NCBI GenBank assembly: GCA_964106645.2
Contig: OZ067049.1
Origin: Podarcis pityusensis
Taxonomy: Eukaryota
DNA length: 64,000 nt
Direction: 5' to 3' (one strand)
Shown here: positions 12,285 to 24,997 of the stretch, piece after piece
Position numbering within the stretch: the first letter of the stretch is position 1
Layout: each line of letters opens with the position of its first letter
The notes under the pieces: model-generated
The model's input: the letters and a program-made list of their open reading frames with translations, nothing else
Told to the model about the DNA's origin: nothing
The model's database searches: none
Made by a program: the position numbers and the translations under genes

Positions 12285-12550
12285 CATATAATTTTAATTG
12301 CTTGATCAATCTAAACTTGCAGTTTCACCAGTTCTGGTCTCCCTTCACTTCTTTGTTGTCGCCTTGTTGCGTTTTTAAGCATTGTTGCAAATGAAACTTC
12401 CAACAGCAAATGGAGAAAAACAATAGTTCTGAGACAAGAAACATACTTTTATTTGTTCTTGAACTACTGGGATTTGCAACAAATTGTTGCAGTGTGGCTT
12501 GATTTTATTCAGCCGCTCCATTCCATCTCCCCGCAAAAGTCAGTCCATAT

Positions 12551-13376
12551 TGCGTGGACAGGTGGAGTCCCCAGATCCCGAGCGGTCCCCCCCGTCATGT
12601 GGAATAATGACTCAAGACAACGTGCTATGGGATTAAATTGGCCACAACTTTATTAAATTTCCAATGTGGGTAGACCTTGGCTCAGGCATTGGGCGTTCTC
12701 CCTCCCCAGTCCCCAGCCAGGGACCTAGGGAGCATCAGGGTTATCCAGTGTGTGTGGGGGGGATGGGCCGGCTCTGGAGAACATATGTTCAAGCAGAGAT
12801 AGCCGCCTCCGTTACGCCGCCGCCGCAGGGGAGAGCAATGACGACCTTTCGGCGTACGGTCAAAGCCTCCCTTCAGAAACCCCTTTAACGGGGAACCCTG
12901 ATATCGCCGCCGCAAAGAGGAAGATGGACTAAAGGATTCCGCCCAAGGCCTGATACCTCCAAAGTTGTGATGTTTTGCTACGGGAAAGGCGAAACCTGCC
13001 AATGCAGGGGAATTCCTTTCCGGCCCTTTAACAGCGACCTTAACGTAGCAGCGCCTGCATACCTGTGAAGAAAAGTTAACCTGCAAAACCTGTGAAGAAA
13101 AGTTAACCTGCAAAATAAGACATTAACTGAGGGTGGGTAGGGTGGGAGAAGCTCTGGAGCCAAGTGAGGATTCCCAGGTAAGATCCTCCCTCTATTGTGT
13201 GGGCAGGTAATCCCTCCCCTACCTGGCCTGGTCTCCTTGGCAACGCTTCCCCCAGGTGGGATTGGACAACTGACTGAGGTAGGCGGAGACCTCCAGGTAT
13301 CCCACCTGAGGGAAGGCAAAGCCAAGCCTATGCTGATGGGGCCGCTCCAGATCCAGGGGCTGCGCGCGTCCACGCA
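12551..13376 (-). mobile_element. LTR-like element (826 bp), probably Gypsy/ERV-type, antisense in ASB4 intron 2
   Basis: 9-bp inverted termini TGCGTGGAC...GTCCACGCA; AATAAA ~100 nt from the 3' end on -; G-rich tract just 5' of it on -; CpG-rich; 27-bp tandem duplication at 13061-13114. No TSD found. Confidence 0.6.
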
Positions 13377-14038
13377 AAGGGCGCCCCCCCGTTTTAAGCG
13401 GGGTGCGGTCATTCCATTGTCACTGAGCAAGCTCAGTCTTCATTGGGCTATTTTGGTGTGTCTCCTCCCACTTATGGATCCTTCCTTCTTCTGCATGGGT
13501 GCTACGTAAGCAACAACATGCCCCATCTGAACTTCGGGGGGGGGGGGGCGCGACACCTTTTAAGATGATTTAAAGTTTTTTAAATGGATTAAAACCAGCT
13601 GTGCTTTAAATGCACAAATGGTGAAAAGTTGTTGTTTAGATTTTTAAAAAGCATGCGGAAACTTCTGCATGAAATCAGTAGGCGGCATATTTAAAAGACA
13701 GAGAAACACTTCATATCAGGGAGGGTCAATTTCTGTATTCTTGAGAGTTGTCCTGTTTTCCAAGTAGAGCAGTGGTTGTAGGACCAGGAAGTATGTGCTA
13801 GTGATGATGATGATGATGATGATAACATCTATACCACCCTTTATTTGAGAATCACAGGGCAGTTTACAACATAAAACAGCAAAATTATACTATTACTGCT
13901 ACTGCTAGTAGTAGGGATACTGCTAGTAGTAGGGATAGTTAGATTTAGATAGCTGCTCACCAGTAAATATTCCCATGGTAGCAAACCATTGTTAAAGCAC
14001 AGTTAATAATGACAAAAATCAAAAATAAAAGTTCACAA

Positions 14039-14190
14039 GCTGGGGATAGCTGAGTTGGTAGAGTATGAGACTCACAGGGCCGTGGGTTCAAGCCCCATGT
14101 TGGGCAAACGATTCCTGCATCGCAGGGGGTTGGACTAGATGACCCTCATGGTCCCTCCCAACTCTACAATTCCATGACTTTATGATTCTA
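14039..14190 (+). mobile_element. tRNA(Lys-like)-head SINE with CR1-derived tail
   Basis: A box TAGCTGAGTTGG, B box GTTCAAGCC, then GGGTTGGACTAGATGACC...CCAAC...ATGATTCT, similar to the 3' end of the CR1 at 39430-39510. Confidence 0.75.
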
Positions 14191-15704
14191 AGACACTCAC
14201 ACACCTTCCACTGCACCAGAGACAACATAAAAAACTCACTGACACATGGGGTGCATATACTGATTGTCCACTAGATGGGGATGTTGTTTCAAGTGAAATA
14301 TATATATGTGGAGACTTAAACAAGCCTCAGAAGGTTGCTTTGAGTTTGACAAGATTTCTAGAAAATAACACGCAGTCCATGATTGTGCATGTGGCGTCTA
14401 GCTGTGTATATTCAGCAAAAGATGTGCAGGTGTGATTGCAGCACATGAAAACTTACATTTGGGCCAGGCTACTTGATATTTACAGGTGCGTTTACATGTA
14501 AAAGACTTGAGCAGGATGACCACGTGTCATTTATTGGAAGGTCCAAGTCAGGTTTAAAGATAATGAACCCCAAAAAGGGGGAGTAGGAGGGGCCCTGAAG
14601 TTGCCCATCAACAGGTAGCAGCATCTGGACAACAGTCAGAGAAAAAAAATTCAGTCTTTCCCACCATGGTGAGATGCATTTCTGTCTAAATTACAGTAAT
14701 CAGTCCTAAATTTGCATCTATATGTATACATTAACATTGGCCTAGGGTAAAGTATATGTATTAACATATAATGCTTAGCATATGTGGATTTTTTTTTTTT
14801 AATCCCAATTGGCATCTGTACTGGATTTGAAACTGGTGTTTTTAAAAAGATAATTGTTTTTAACCGGGTTCTGGTTTTTTACACATGCAACTGCTTTACA
14901 TACATTTTTATTGCATCATAAAATTACCTCAAGTTGTATCACTGAAGGAGATTGCATAAAATGTCCATATTATTTATTGATTTAATTTATCAAAAATGTA
15001 TCCTCTTTTTTTCTTGGAGAGTGGACAGGCAAGCAGGTAGATGCATTCCCTCTTTGGGAGTGATACGTTATATGGCCCCCTTCTAGACCAGAATCACAAA
15101 TTTAGAAATATTTTTTGTTATAAGAGTGCTTAAGGTTGTGCCAAACCCATCTTTCCAACTTCCTCAGTTAGTGATGGTGGGGGTGGGAAGGCATTCAAAC
15201 ACGCAATCTTCCTCATTTGTTCTGAGACAGACAATCCTAAAAACACAACATAAAGGGGGAGGGAATATTTCTAATTGTGTCTTTATGTAGGAAGTTGATT
15301 TATCCATTTTAATAAACTAAAAAGGTTCCCGCAATTAATTAGGCTGCATAGTTAAACAAATAATAATAATCCATGCACGTACTCATAGAAAAACTGTAGA
15401 TTGCAAGCCCCATCATAAAAGAGGTATATTTTAAATCTTTTCTGTCGGAAAGCAAGGAATGCCGTGCCCAAGATTATCCCTGCTTGCAACACATGGCTGC
15501 ATCATCTAAAATCAGGGGAAGTTTGTTTCTCGCATTTCAACAAATGCAAATACATGCAAATGAAACTAGCTGATTAATTAATTGATTAAAACTCGTGCAA
15601 TTAATTAACATTTCTGTAGTCAGGTGGCAGTCGTGGGGGGGGGGGGGACATTTGCCCCAGTAAAAATTGCTGTTATTTATTTCATACAGCTCAGCACGTA
15701 TATA

Positions 15705-15871
15705 CCATATTTTTCCATGTATAAGACTATGTTTCCCCCCTAAAAAATAATGTCCAAAATTTGGGGGCGTCTTATACACAAGGGCCATCTCCCCCCCATT
15801 TTCTTAAATGGAGTCCCCAAAAATACAGGTCGTCTTATACATGGGGGCGTCTTATAGATCGAAAAATATGG
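15705..15871. mobile_element. Tc2/pogo-like MITE (167 bp)
   Basis: TIRs CCATATTTTTC..TATAAGAC / GTCTTATA..GAAAAATATGG, TA on both sides. Confidence 0.75.
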
Positions 15872-15944
15872 TATGTGTCTTTAACATGGAAAAAGAAATA
15901 GAAAACCCCTTTCCAATGTTCTCTCTCTCTTTTCCTTCAAACAG

Positions 15945-16435
15945 GCGCAGACGTGAATATAAGGACTAACAACCAAGAGGAGGAAACTCCCCTCCACACT
16001 GTTGCTCGTTATGGTATCCCTGAAATGGTGGGCTTTTATGTAGAACAAGGAGCTGCGGTTGATTGTCGAAATGCCCACAGAGAAACACCTCTGGCCTGTG
16101 CGGTCTATTGGGCCCTCAATGGCAAGGAACAGACATACAGCACAGATCACCACCTGATCTGTAGGATGCTGATCGACTATAAAGCCGACGTCAATTCACG
16201 AGACGAGGATTTCCGAACGCCTCTCCACAAGGCTGCTTGGAACTGTGACCGCGTTCTGTTGGACATGCTACTCGAGGCAGGAGCTGAGGCCAACTTCATG
16301 GATGACAACGGATGTGGCCCTTTGCAATACGTCCTGAAAGTGACAGGTGTGCGGCCGAGTGCCCAGCCAGAATTCTGCTTCCAGCTGCTTCTCAATTATG
16401 GAGCTGCCAGGATATATCCTCCACAATTCCATAAG
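15945..16435 (+). CDS. ASB4: ASB4 coding exon 3 (ankyrin repeats)
   Basis: Acceptor ttccttcaaacag|GC, donor AAG|gtgaa; 491 nt; [17 protein letters not shown]...[12 protein letters not shown]...[10 protein letters not shown]. Confidence 0.97.
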
Positions 16436-16718
16436 GTGAAAGCTTGTGTCTACGTATTACATACATATGCATCTGTTTAGATCAGAGATAAGAAACTGCG
16501 TGAATGGAAGTTTGTGGTCTTCCACCTTTCAGATAGATGGTAAACATGTCCTAATTCAGTTTGGGGGATTGGCTGGTTTCTCAACACCAGGCCTTGCAGG
16601 TGCCCTTAATGTTTTGCAAAAATGCTCTTGCATGTCTTTTGCGAGGCTTTTCGCCATCTGGGTCTTGTAAAACCCAGATCACAGGTCAATGCTTTTCCTT
16701 TCTAAATTTGATTACAGA

Positions 16719-16765
<47 letters not shown>
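16719..16765. repeat. (CTTT)n microsatellite
   Basis: About 11 perfect tetramer units. Confidence 0.95.
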
Positions 16766-18074
16766 ATTAATCTCCATGCTAGAAAAAAGCAGAAGGAATT
16801 GCTTTTATATATTTTTACCTTGAACGCAGGCACGGGGAAGCTGTGACAGATGGGGGTTAACATGAGAATTAAAAAAAAAAATCATTCTACATGAAATGCA
16901 TGCAGATAATTCTAACATGATGAGATGAGCGCCTCTAAAACCTCTGTTTAATACGAATAGAGTCAGGATGTCAAAGTTCCAATCACTGCATATACTTTAA
17001 TGGCAGAAATAGTATGCCCCGGGTCACTTCTTCCAGCGCTGTCCTCCTAAACTACTCTGGAAAAGATGTCTTGAGGACTGTAGGCAGCAGTTATTTTCTT
17101 ATGGAAAGTAATTATTCCTCGCACGTGGTGAAAAATTCTTTGGTGCTTCATGTTTTTCAACTGCTAGCTTGCTTTGCCACCCTGGATCTGGCTTCAAGTT
17201 AATAACCATCCATTCATCTGCAAAAGCATAGAATTGTAGTGTTGGAAGGGACCCAGAGGGTCAATTGGTCCAACCCGCTGCAATGCAGGAATCTCAGCAT
17301 ACAGCAGTAGAACAGAACCTCAAGCCTGGAAGCCAAATGCGAATCACTTATCTGGTCTATGTCACTCTTGCCAGAACATGCCCCCTTCCTTCGCTGGTTC
17401 CCTTAAGCTTAGAATCGTTCCCCACCCCTGCCATAGAACTCTTCTTCACAACCATGAAGACTAGAAGTTGCTTTAAAAAGCAAAAAAAGAAAGCTGAATT
17501 TCCTTAAGGTGCTGAATTTTCACACCAGGTACTGTAGTTACATGGCAATCTGTGGGTGGATGGAATTGGCACAGACTTAGAATAACACCTACTGTATGTC
17601 TCTAGGTGTATTAATCTGTTACAGCAAAACTAGGCAGAAGCAAACTATGATTATTTCAAGCTATTGAGTATAGCTGGGACTGATTCTTATAGGAATTGCC
17701 AATTAACAGGGTGGTATTCAGTGCTAATCCTACTCAGAGTGGACTCATTGAAGACAGCAGACATGACTAAGGATTGCAGTCAACAAAGCCCTGCACAGAA
17801 TATACCTATGGAAATCAATGAACCTGCATTAGTAATAATTATTAACTCCAACAGGTCAATAACATTGAATGCCACCCCAGCTTGGGTTCATTAATTTAGC
17901 AAGTCTATTCTGAGTAGGACTTAGTTGACTGTTCTTACTTCTCTGTACTGGAGAAGAGAAGGAAAGTGATATTGCTCAGTGAAGAAGAGCAAAAGCTTTA
18001 AAGAAGAAGAAGAAAAAAACCAGTTTGAGGAGATCAGCAAAATCCAAATAGGTGGTTTCTGTTTCTCTTAGCAG

Positions 18075-18188
18075 GTTTTGCAGGCCTGTTGCTCTTATCC
18101 CAGAGCAGTTGAGGTTATTGTGAATACATATGAACACATCAAGTCCACAGCAAAATGGAGAGCAGCTATACCTGATGATGTCTTTGAG
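18075..18188 (+). CDS. ASB4: ASB4 coding exon 4 (not in the ORF track)
   Basis: Acceptor ttctcttagcag|GTT, donor GAG|gtaaac; 114 nt, phase 0-0; [38 protein letters not shown]. Confidence 0.95.
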
Positions 18189-19025
18189 GTAAACACTTAA
18201 TGATTTCTTGAGTTGCTGATTAAAAAAAACACACAGTTAATGTCTGTGTACTTTAATCTGGTTTTATGTGAAAGTGAACGTTTAGTAGGAAATGAAAGTT
18301 GGAGAACTCTGGTTAGTCAGGGATCACCAGCAACATCTGAAGGACACCCTCTTGGCTGCCTCTGGTTTAAACTATAGTTATTGAACAAGCCTGGATCATA
18401 ATATACAGTTGATCCTATTCAGTTTCATGTCCAAAAAAGGCTATTTCATTGAGTGACAGCTTCATAACATTGCTCTGACTTGGCCAGCTCTGTCCTGCTC
18501 AGTTAGGAGACATCAAATTGCATGGGAGGAATGTGATATCCAGAGCAATTTTCAATTGTTCTTTTAGCCGAAGTTACGCGGGGGTCGGGGTGCATAGAAA
18601 GATACAGTCTCACTTATTAGGTTATTAGGCTGCTATTCAGATAGGTCAGAGCTGGCCCTACCATTGGAGATAGTGAGGCACCTGCCTTAAGGTAGCAGAT
18701 GCTGGAGAATGGCGGCAATGTGGATGTGTTGGAGACCAGAAATATTTGTGCCTGCTGCCCTTAAGTGTGGTGGAGGGTTCTGCCGTGTCTCCAGTGCTGA
18801 AATAAAACTGAACTGCCAGTCCAAATGGAATGGGGAGGTGGGTGTGGGTGTCTTGACTCAGGCGGCAAAATGTCTTGTGCAAGCCCTAAACAGAATAATG
18901 GCAAGAGACTGCATTGAGCACAGAGAAGGTAATGACACATCTTCTCCATATTTTTCCTGGAAAGAGATTTTCCATAGAGAGAAAGGTATTGACCACATTA
19001 TTTATGCATTATTTTGCTTTTGCAG

Positions 19026-19214
19026 ATGTATAACGAATTCTACGAATCTCTGTTTGAGGTGTGTGATAACACACCAAGATCGCTCAAGCATCTAGCCAGA
19101 TGTGCTATTCGAAGAATATTGTTCGATCGATGCCACAAAGGAATCCCTTTACTTTTCATTCCAGCGACACTGAAGAATTATTTGCTCTTAGAACCAGAAG
19201 GAATATTGTACTGA
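19026..19214 (+). CDS. ASB4: ASB4 coding exon 5 (SOCS box, stop)
   Basis: Acceptor ttttgcttttgcag|ATG; [14 protein letters not shown] (BC box)...[18 protein letters not shown]. Exons sum to 1272 nt = 423 aa + stop. Confidence 0.97.
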   Translation: MYNEFYESLFEVCDNTPRSLKHLARCAIRRILFDRCHKGIPLLFIPATLKNYLLLEPEGILY

Positions 19215-19629
19215 GTTTGTCCAGCAGCCCAATTCTGTAAAACTGGGGTTCACTTGCATGGTAGAAGTTATAATCCAAGGGTTCCTTGATATCACCCAGA
19301 ACAAAAGGTCATGGTCAATTTGTATACAAAGACTTATTTTACATCTGTGGATTACACTAAGTTCTTGAATTTGCTGCAGCCTGAACACAAGCCTATTTCA
19401 TAATCCATTTCACTCCCAGCTTGTGTCAAAAAGAATATACATGGAACTCTGGAAAAGAATTAGGTCAGCTTTTCCATCTGCTTTCAAAACTAAATAATGA
19501 CTGAGCTATGCATATCAGTGCTTTGAAAAGACTAGCTTTCAGTGACCCATACAAAACAAATATCATAAAGACTTAGGCGCTAAATTAAAAGACCATGTTT
19601 TTATTTGAACCTTTAGAATGCGATATACT

Positions 19630-19635
19630 AATAAA
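19630..19635 (+). terminator. Candidate ASB4 polyadenylation signal (AATAAA)
   Basis: AATAAA ~415 nt after the stop; alternative signals exist (ATTAAA ~19584, AATAAA ~20022). Confidence 0.4.
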
Positions 19636-22600
19636 CAACCACATTCTCTGAGTGGATCCTGGTGTAGCCCCAAACAGCATCATTCATGTCAGGGATGATG
19701 GGAGATGTAGTCCAGCAAGAGCTGGGGACTCAAGTTTGAGAAACACTTGCCTTAGGAGATGGATGCTTGCATGTTTATAAATGTGCACCAGCACTTTCTG
19801 GAAGAGATTATGTAATCCAATGACCATTCTAGCCGGAGGTTGGCATGTGTTTAACCGAAAGGCTGCTTCACATGTTACAGATTGGTGAAGTCATTTTGTC
19901 TGCAACAAGCAGGGGGAAAACTACTTTAAAAAAGAAAAAAGCAAGGGTGTTTATGTTAAACAGCCATATTGATGAGAGAGAAAACAAGGCCTGCCACAGT
20001 TCCCCCATGGCGTGTACATGCAATAAAGAGGGCCAGTCTTCCTATCATGGGGCTCCCCGCAAAAAGACAACTGGTAAGTAGCGTGCAATGTCTTCAATTA
20101 GTCCATAATGGCTAAACCTGCTCTAAAACAAGGAGATTAAAGGAAAGGAGCCTGTCAGGGAGATGGGTCTCCTGCTGGGAACAGGACAAAGGTGGGGAGG
20201 AGTCATATTTAAAATCTGAATGTATAATTCTATACTTTGATATTGACAGACTGCATTTTGGAAACAGGAGAACAAAAAGGCGATTTGGATCTGTCACTGT
20301 AGCTGACACTTCCATGCTGTGAAGGAAGAAAAAAAACTTGTCACTGCTGTCCCTAAATGCCCTCCCACTTTTGTCGCCACCCTCCTCTCTCTCTCTGTTT
20401 TGTTTTTTTAAAAAAAAATTCTATGGGCATCTAGCCTTACTTCAAAGTTTTGTTCTAAGCAGGTGCTAGATTATACCCATTGTAGCGCCTGACAGGGAGC
20501 CCAGCAGGATCTCACTGATTATAGTGATAAGAATTTGCAAGCTGTTCAATATCAGAGCAAAACTGGCTTGTGCCCTTTCATTGCCGCTCTTCATTTGTGG
20601 TGAAAGGCCAGGAGGAAATAAAACCCTCCGGCTTTTTTTGTTGTTGTTGCTGCTGCTGCTCCAGATGAGTTTCACTGGCCTGTCTTGATTTGTCAGTTCA
20701 CACAAGCTCGAGAGAACTGACCAAAAACTTGGGACACACAAAACGTGGATTAGGTGATGTGACAGTTGCACATGCAGATGCATAGAAAGGCTTGCAGAAA
20801 TCTCTGCTCCCTGGCATTTTGCTGTGGCACACCTGCAATTTTTGTCACACTCTTGCAGAATAAAAAAAAAAAATTAGCTGCCTTGCCAAAGCCTACAGGA
20901 CCGTCTCAGCCAGGAATAAATATATTGCCTTAGGGGAAATCCTATTGAGATTGAAAGTTTGCAGAAATATGAAATCAACTGAAATCTTACACTGTTGGCA
21001 TAAAATTCAATTGGCAGTCCAGATTCAATCAACTTCATTCATAGAGTGGTAGGGGATGTTCTTTGCCTTGGGCGGTAAGAGATCTTGAGCCAGCCCAGAG
21101 TACCAGTGTGGAAAATGATAATGTTGCTATTCAAAGAGATTGTACATAACTGGTGCAAGAGAGAGCACTGTTCACCTTAGTTATGCATCTAAAGTCCCTG
21201 ACAAGTTTAAGAGCTGGAAAACTGATGTCAAATGGTTTAGTATCATGAAATAATGTAATACTCAGGTGGTATCTCTAGTCACTGTGTTCTAAGTACTAAT
21301 CTCTGGTTGAATTCATATAATGAAACTTTTTGTTTTTCACACCATATATTTAAAGCACTAGAATAAATGGCCATGGCTTCCCCTGAAGAATTATGGCAGC
21401 TGTAGCTCATTACAGGTGCTGAAAGTTGTTAGGAGACCTCGTATTTCCTTCACAGAGCAACAATTCTCAGAGCTCCCTATGAAGAGAGATGGGTTGTTAA
21501 ACCACTCTGGGCTTACAGCCGAGGATAGACCACTTGAAATATGTTTGCAGACTCTTATCTGAGGTAGCCATGGTGAGAGGTGAACCAGGGTGGTCTTTAT
21601 TCCAGATTAGTTAACCCAGAAAACTTCAGTCTCTGACTCCATCCATCCTTGACTCTGGCTCTTCCTACCCCCACCACATGGCCCCTGACAGATTAAACCC
21701 AAGACAATGTAACCTTCAGCAAAAAGAAAAAAGGTTGCCTGCCCCTGGTTTAAGCCATTGCTCAACATTTGGGGACACACAAAGACAGCAATTATGAAGA
21801 GTTTCTTTTCTGCATTTGAAGACTGTCTTTTCTTCACACTGAATAAACACAGTCAGCTGCTTCACATCCAGGGTAACAGGTGTAGCTTTTAGGCTCCAGC
21901 ACATCTCTCTTTTACACTTGACTTAATTTTAGCAATTTTCTGAGCGTGTAAACATGTGGTGCTAATGACATCATAATGACATAATTGCAGGTGGGATAAG
22001 TGAATTGGGCGGCTGAAAATGGGCAAATAGAGCTCTACTAGGTCTTTTTGTCTTAGCTGAGAGAATCTGTTTGCCGTATTTTCCAGGGGACACTTTTCGA
22101 AAAAATGTAATTTCGTTTAAAGATGATCTGAGGATGATTTTGCCGCCTGAAGGTTTTGTGTGTGTGTTTTTTGGTTGGCCAGCATTTGGCCAGCAGGGGG
22201 CAGCACATGACCATTTGACGAGCTAGAGGTCCACAGCCTTTCAAGTTACACTACACAGTGAAAACAAAAACACGTTTGGTTACTCTGAACAATTAAATAT
22301 ATATATTTTTGGTAGGTTGTTTTTTTTTTAATAATAAGGAATGCACCAACCATACAAAATTGCAGGGGCTATCTACATAATGCAAAAGCATTTGTTGTTC
22401 TACCTACACACACACATAGGGCATAGGATGCAGCCAATTTGCTGAATATAACTAGATCTGGGTCTAATCAATGCCTGGATGGGAGGGTGCCTGAAATCTA
22501 CATATGCTGCCTTAAGTGCCATGGCAGAAGAAAGGCAGGATGTAAATGAATTTAAATAATAACACCCCAAAATATTATGCATAGGGCATAGGTGATAACT

Positions 22601-23314
22601 AACAACTGAAGAACAAATAACAAAATACCACACCCCCAGTATCACCGTATATCCATTAAATTCCAGCCAGATATATAAAACAAGTGAGCTCCCTGCAAAT
22701 AACTGCTATTGCCGTCAAATATAATTAATGCAGCTTTCTTGCAGGTATGTGGAATAAGGCTACTGTATCTACCTTATGCATGATAAATTTGTTGTTTTCA
22801 GCAAGGAAAAGATTATTTCCTCCCATTGGTCAGCCATCTCTTGTATGAAGAAAAACATCAACGGATATCTGCCACGTAGGAAACTTTGTGAAACGTAATG
22901 TGCAACGTCGCCCTCTTCACCCGAAACTCAAATGCTTCAGTGGAGTCAAGTAGGCACACTCTTGTACTTTACTTACACATGTGCTGCTCTTTCAAATGAA
23001 AACTTTTAGCTCAAAAATTAGCATAGGGGTGACTGGAGAGTAAAACTGGGGCTGAGGTCCATTGTTTGTAGCAAAATTTCTTAGGGTGATACCGGTATGT
23101 GGCCTTCCTGTCTTGTCTGTCTGTCCCTCAGGACTCTATCCAGGGTGTGCCACACCCCTGGCCTTGCCCCTCACTGACCACACGCCACCCCACCCTCATC
23201 CTTTTCCCTGACTGAAATGTGTCCTTGAATTGTGATGATATCTCTTTTTTGTACGTTTCTTGCTTGGAGAGTTGTGATTGTGTCTGGAACCTTCTGACTT
23301 GTGTAGTTGTGAAG

Positions 23315-23900
23315 TCTTCTTCTTCTTCTTCTTCTTTGGCAATCACTTGTAGCCACGTAAGATTGTCTTCCATGAACACGGTCTTAACAGTGAGTCTGTA
23401 AGTGACTGTGGAGGCCAATTCTGGATCCACACATACTTCCACAGTGGAGACATAGGTTTCTGGGTGGGAGTTGATCATGGTGAGGGTTTGCCAAGTGTGC
23501 CTTCCTCATAGCACGCTTCTCCCTTTAGTTCTGAGTTCGAGTGTCTTCAAAGCCCATGACACCTTTGGTAAAGGCTGTTCTCTAACTGGAGCGTTAGCAG
23601 GCCAGGGTTTCCCAGTTGTTGGTGTTTATGCTACATTTTTTTAGATTTGCCTTGAGAGAGTCTTTGAACCTCTTTTGTTGACCAACAGCATTACGCTTTC
23701 CATTTTAAAGTTTGGAATAGAGTAGTTGATTTGGAAGATGATATTCAGGCATCCGAACAACACGACCAGTCCAACAAACTTTATGTTGAAGAATCATTGC
23801 TTTAACACTGGTGATCTTTGCTTCTTCCAGTACACTGGCCTGTCTTCCCAAGTGAAGTATAAAAATTTTCATTAATGGAATCTTTAAAGGAGTTGGATCC
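23315..23900 (-). mobile_element. Degenerate RTE-clade LINE 3' fragment
   Basis: - strand translation WTGRVVRMP...GQQKRFKDSLKANLKKC...CLHCG..CGSRIGLHSH with in-frame stops; (GAA)n tail. Confidence 0.8.
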
Positions 23901-24227
23901 TCTTATAGACTTAAGGAGGTACCCCTCACAAACCTCTTAAGCAATTTCTCTACATACAAACGAAATCATTTTTTAGCAGAGTTTGCTTTCTGGCGGCTGG
24001 CACAGCAGATCTGTTTTGAAATTAAATGTTAGAAACGATTTTACTGAGGAACTGCTTAAGGTAGCTGCACACTGCTGAATCCCATTGTTTCCTAATATGC
24101 CTCAGGCATAGTGTCATTCCTGGGCATTTGTGGGGGTGGGGGTGGGGAATGGTGGCTTCAAGTGAGGGCCACCATTATTTCCCCCTCAGAATGTACTGAG
24201 ATAATGCTCCAGGCTGAGGCATTATTG

Positions 24228-24458
24228 AGAGCCAGTGTGGCGTAATGGTTAGAGTGTTGGACTATGTCCCGGGAAACCAAGGTTCGAATCCCCATTCTGA
24301 CATGAAGTTCACTGGGTTACGTTGGGCCAGTGACCAGCTCTTAGCCTGACCTACCTCAGAGGTTGTTGTGAGGCTGAACTGGGGAGGAAGAGAAACATGT
24401 ACACCACCTTGAGCTCCTTGGGGGGAAAAGGCAGTATATAAATGTAATAAATAAAAAA
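24228..24458 (+). mobile_element. tRNA-head CORE/MIR-like SINE (Squam3-like)
   Basis: A box TGGCGTAATGG, B box GTTCGAATC, CCTACCTCAGAGGTTGTTGTGAGG core, AT-rich tail. Related - strand fragments at ~25020-25190, ~47360-47510, ~54085-54250. Confidence 0.7.
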
Positions 24459-24771
24459 TATTTTTTTAAAAAAATGGTTGCCACCAGGTGACAGCTTACT
24501 TAAGAAGTGCTGTTGCTGCTACCGCCTCAGGGACAGCAGAAAACAAACAACCTTGCTTTGACTACTCCATTTCCCCTGGTAAGCCCACCCACCCCCTCCC
24601 CAGCAACCAACAGACCCTCAAAAATTGCCACCATTTTTACTTCTAAGTTCCACAGTAAAACTCATTGAAAAGCCCCCCCCCCCATGCACTAATGCCAGAA
24701 CTAACATTGTTGTTTGAGTAAAGTTAACACAAATGCACTGCCCAACAGGCAGCAGTAGCATTTCCTATCTA

Positions 24772-24997
24772 CAGTGGCACCTCGGGTTAAGAACTTAATT
24801 CGTTCTGGAGGTCCGTTCTTAACCAGAAACTGTTCTTAACCTGGAGCACCACTTTAGCTAATGGGGCTTCCTGCTGCCGCTGCGCCACTGCCACGTGATT
24901 TCTGTTCTCATCCTGAGGTAAAGTTCTTAACCCAAGGTACTATTTCTGGGTTAGTGGAGTCTGTAACCTGAAGCGTATGTAACCCGAGGTACCACTA
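24772..24997. mobile_element. Tigger/pogo-like MITE
   Basis: CAGTGGCACCTCGGGTTA...TAACCCGAGGTACCACTA, TA flanks; same family as 49042-49258. Confidence 0.8.

Noticed and set aside
12031-12309. ORFs spanning the N gap
   Set aside because: Artefacts of translating N.
13901-13936. Small tandem duplications (18 bp here; ~16 bp at ~51048-51078)
   Set aside because: Ordinary slippage duplications in introns with no further structure.
14039-14110. tRNA-like sequence
   Set aside because: The anticodon arm is partly deleted and it continues into a CR1-type tail, so it is a SINE head, not a tRNA gene. The same applies at 24228.
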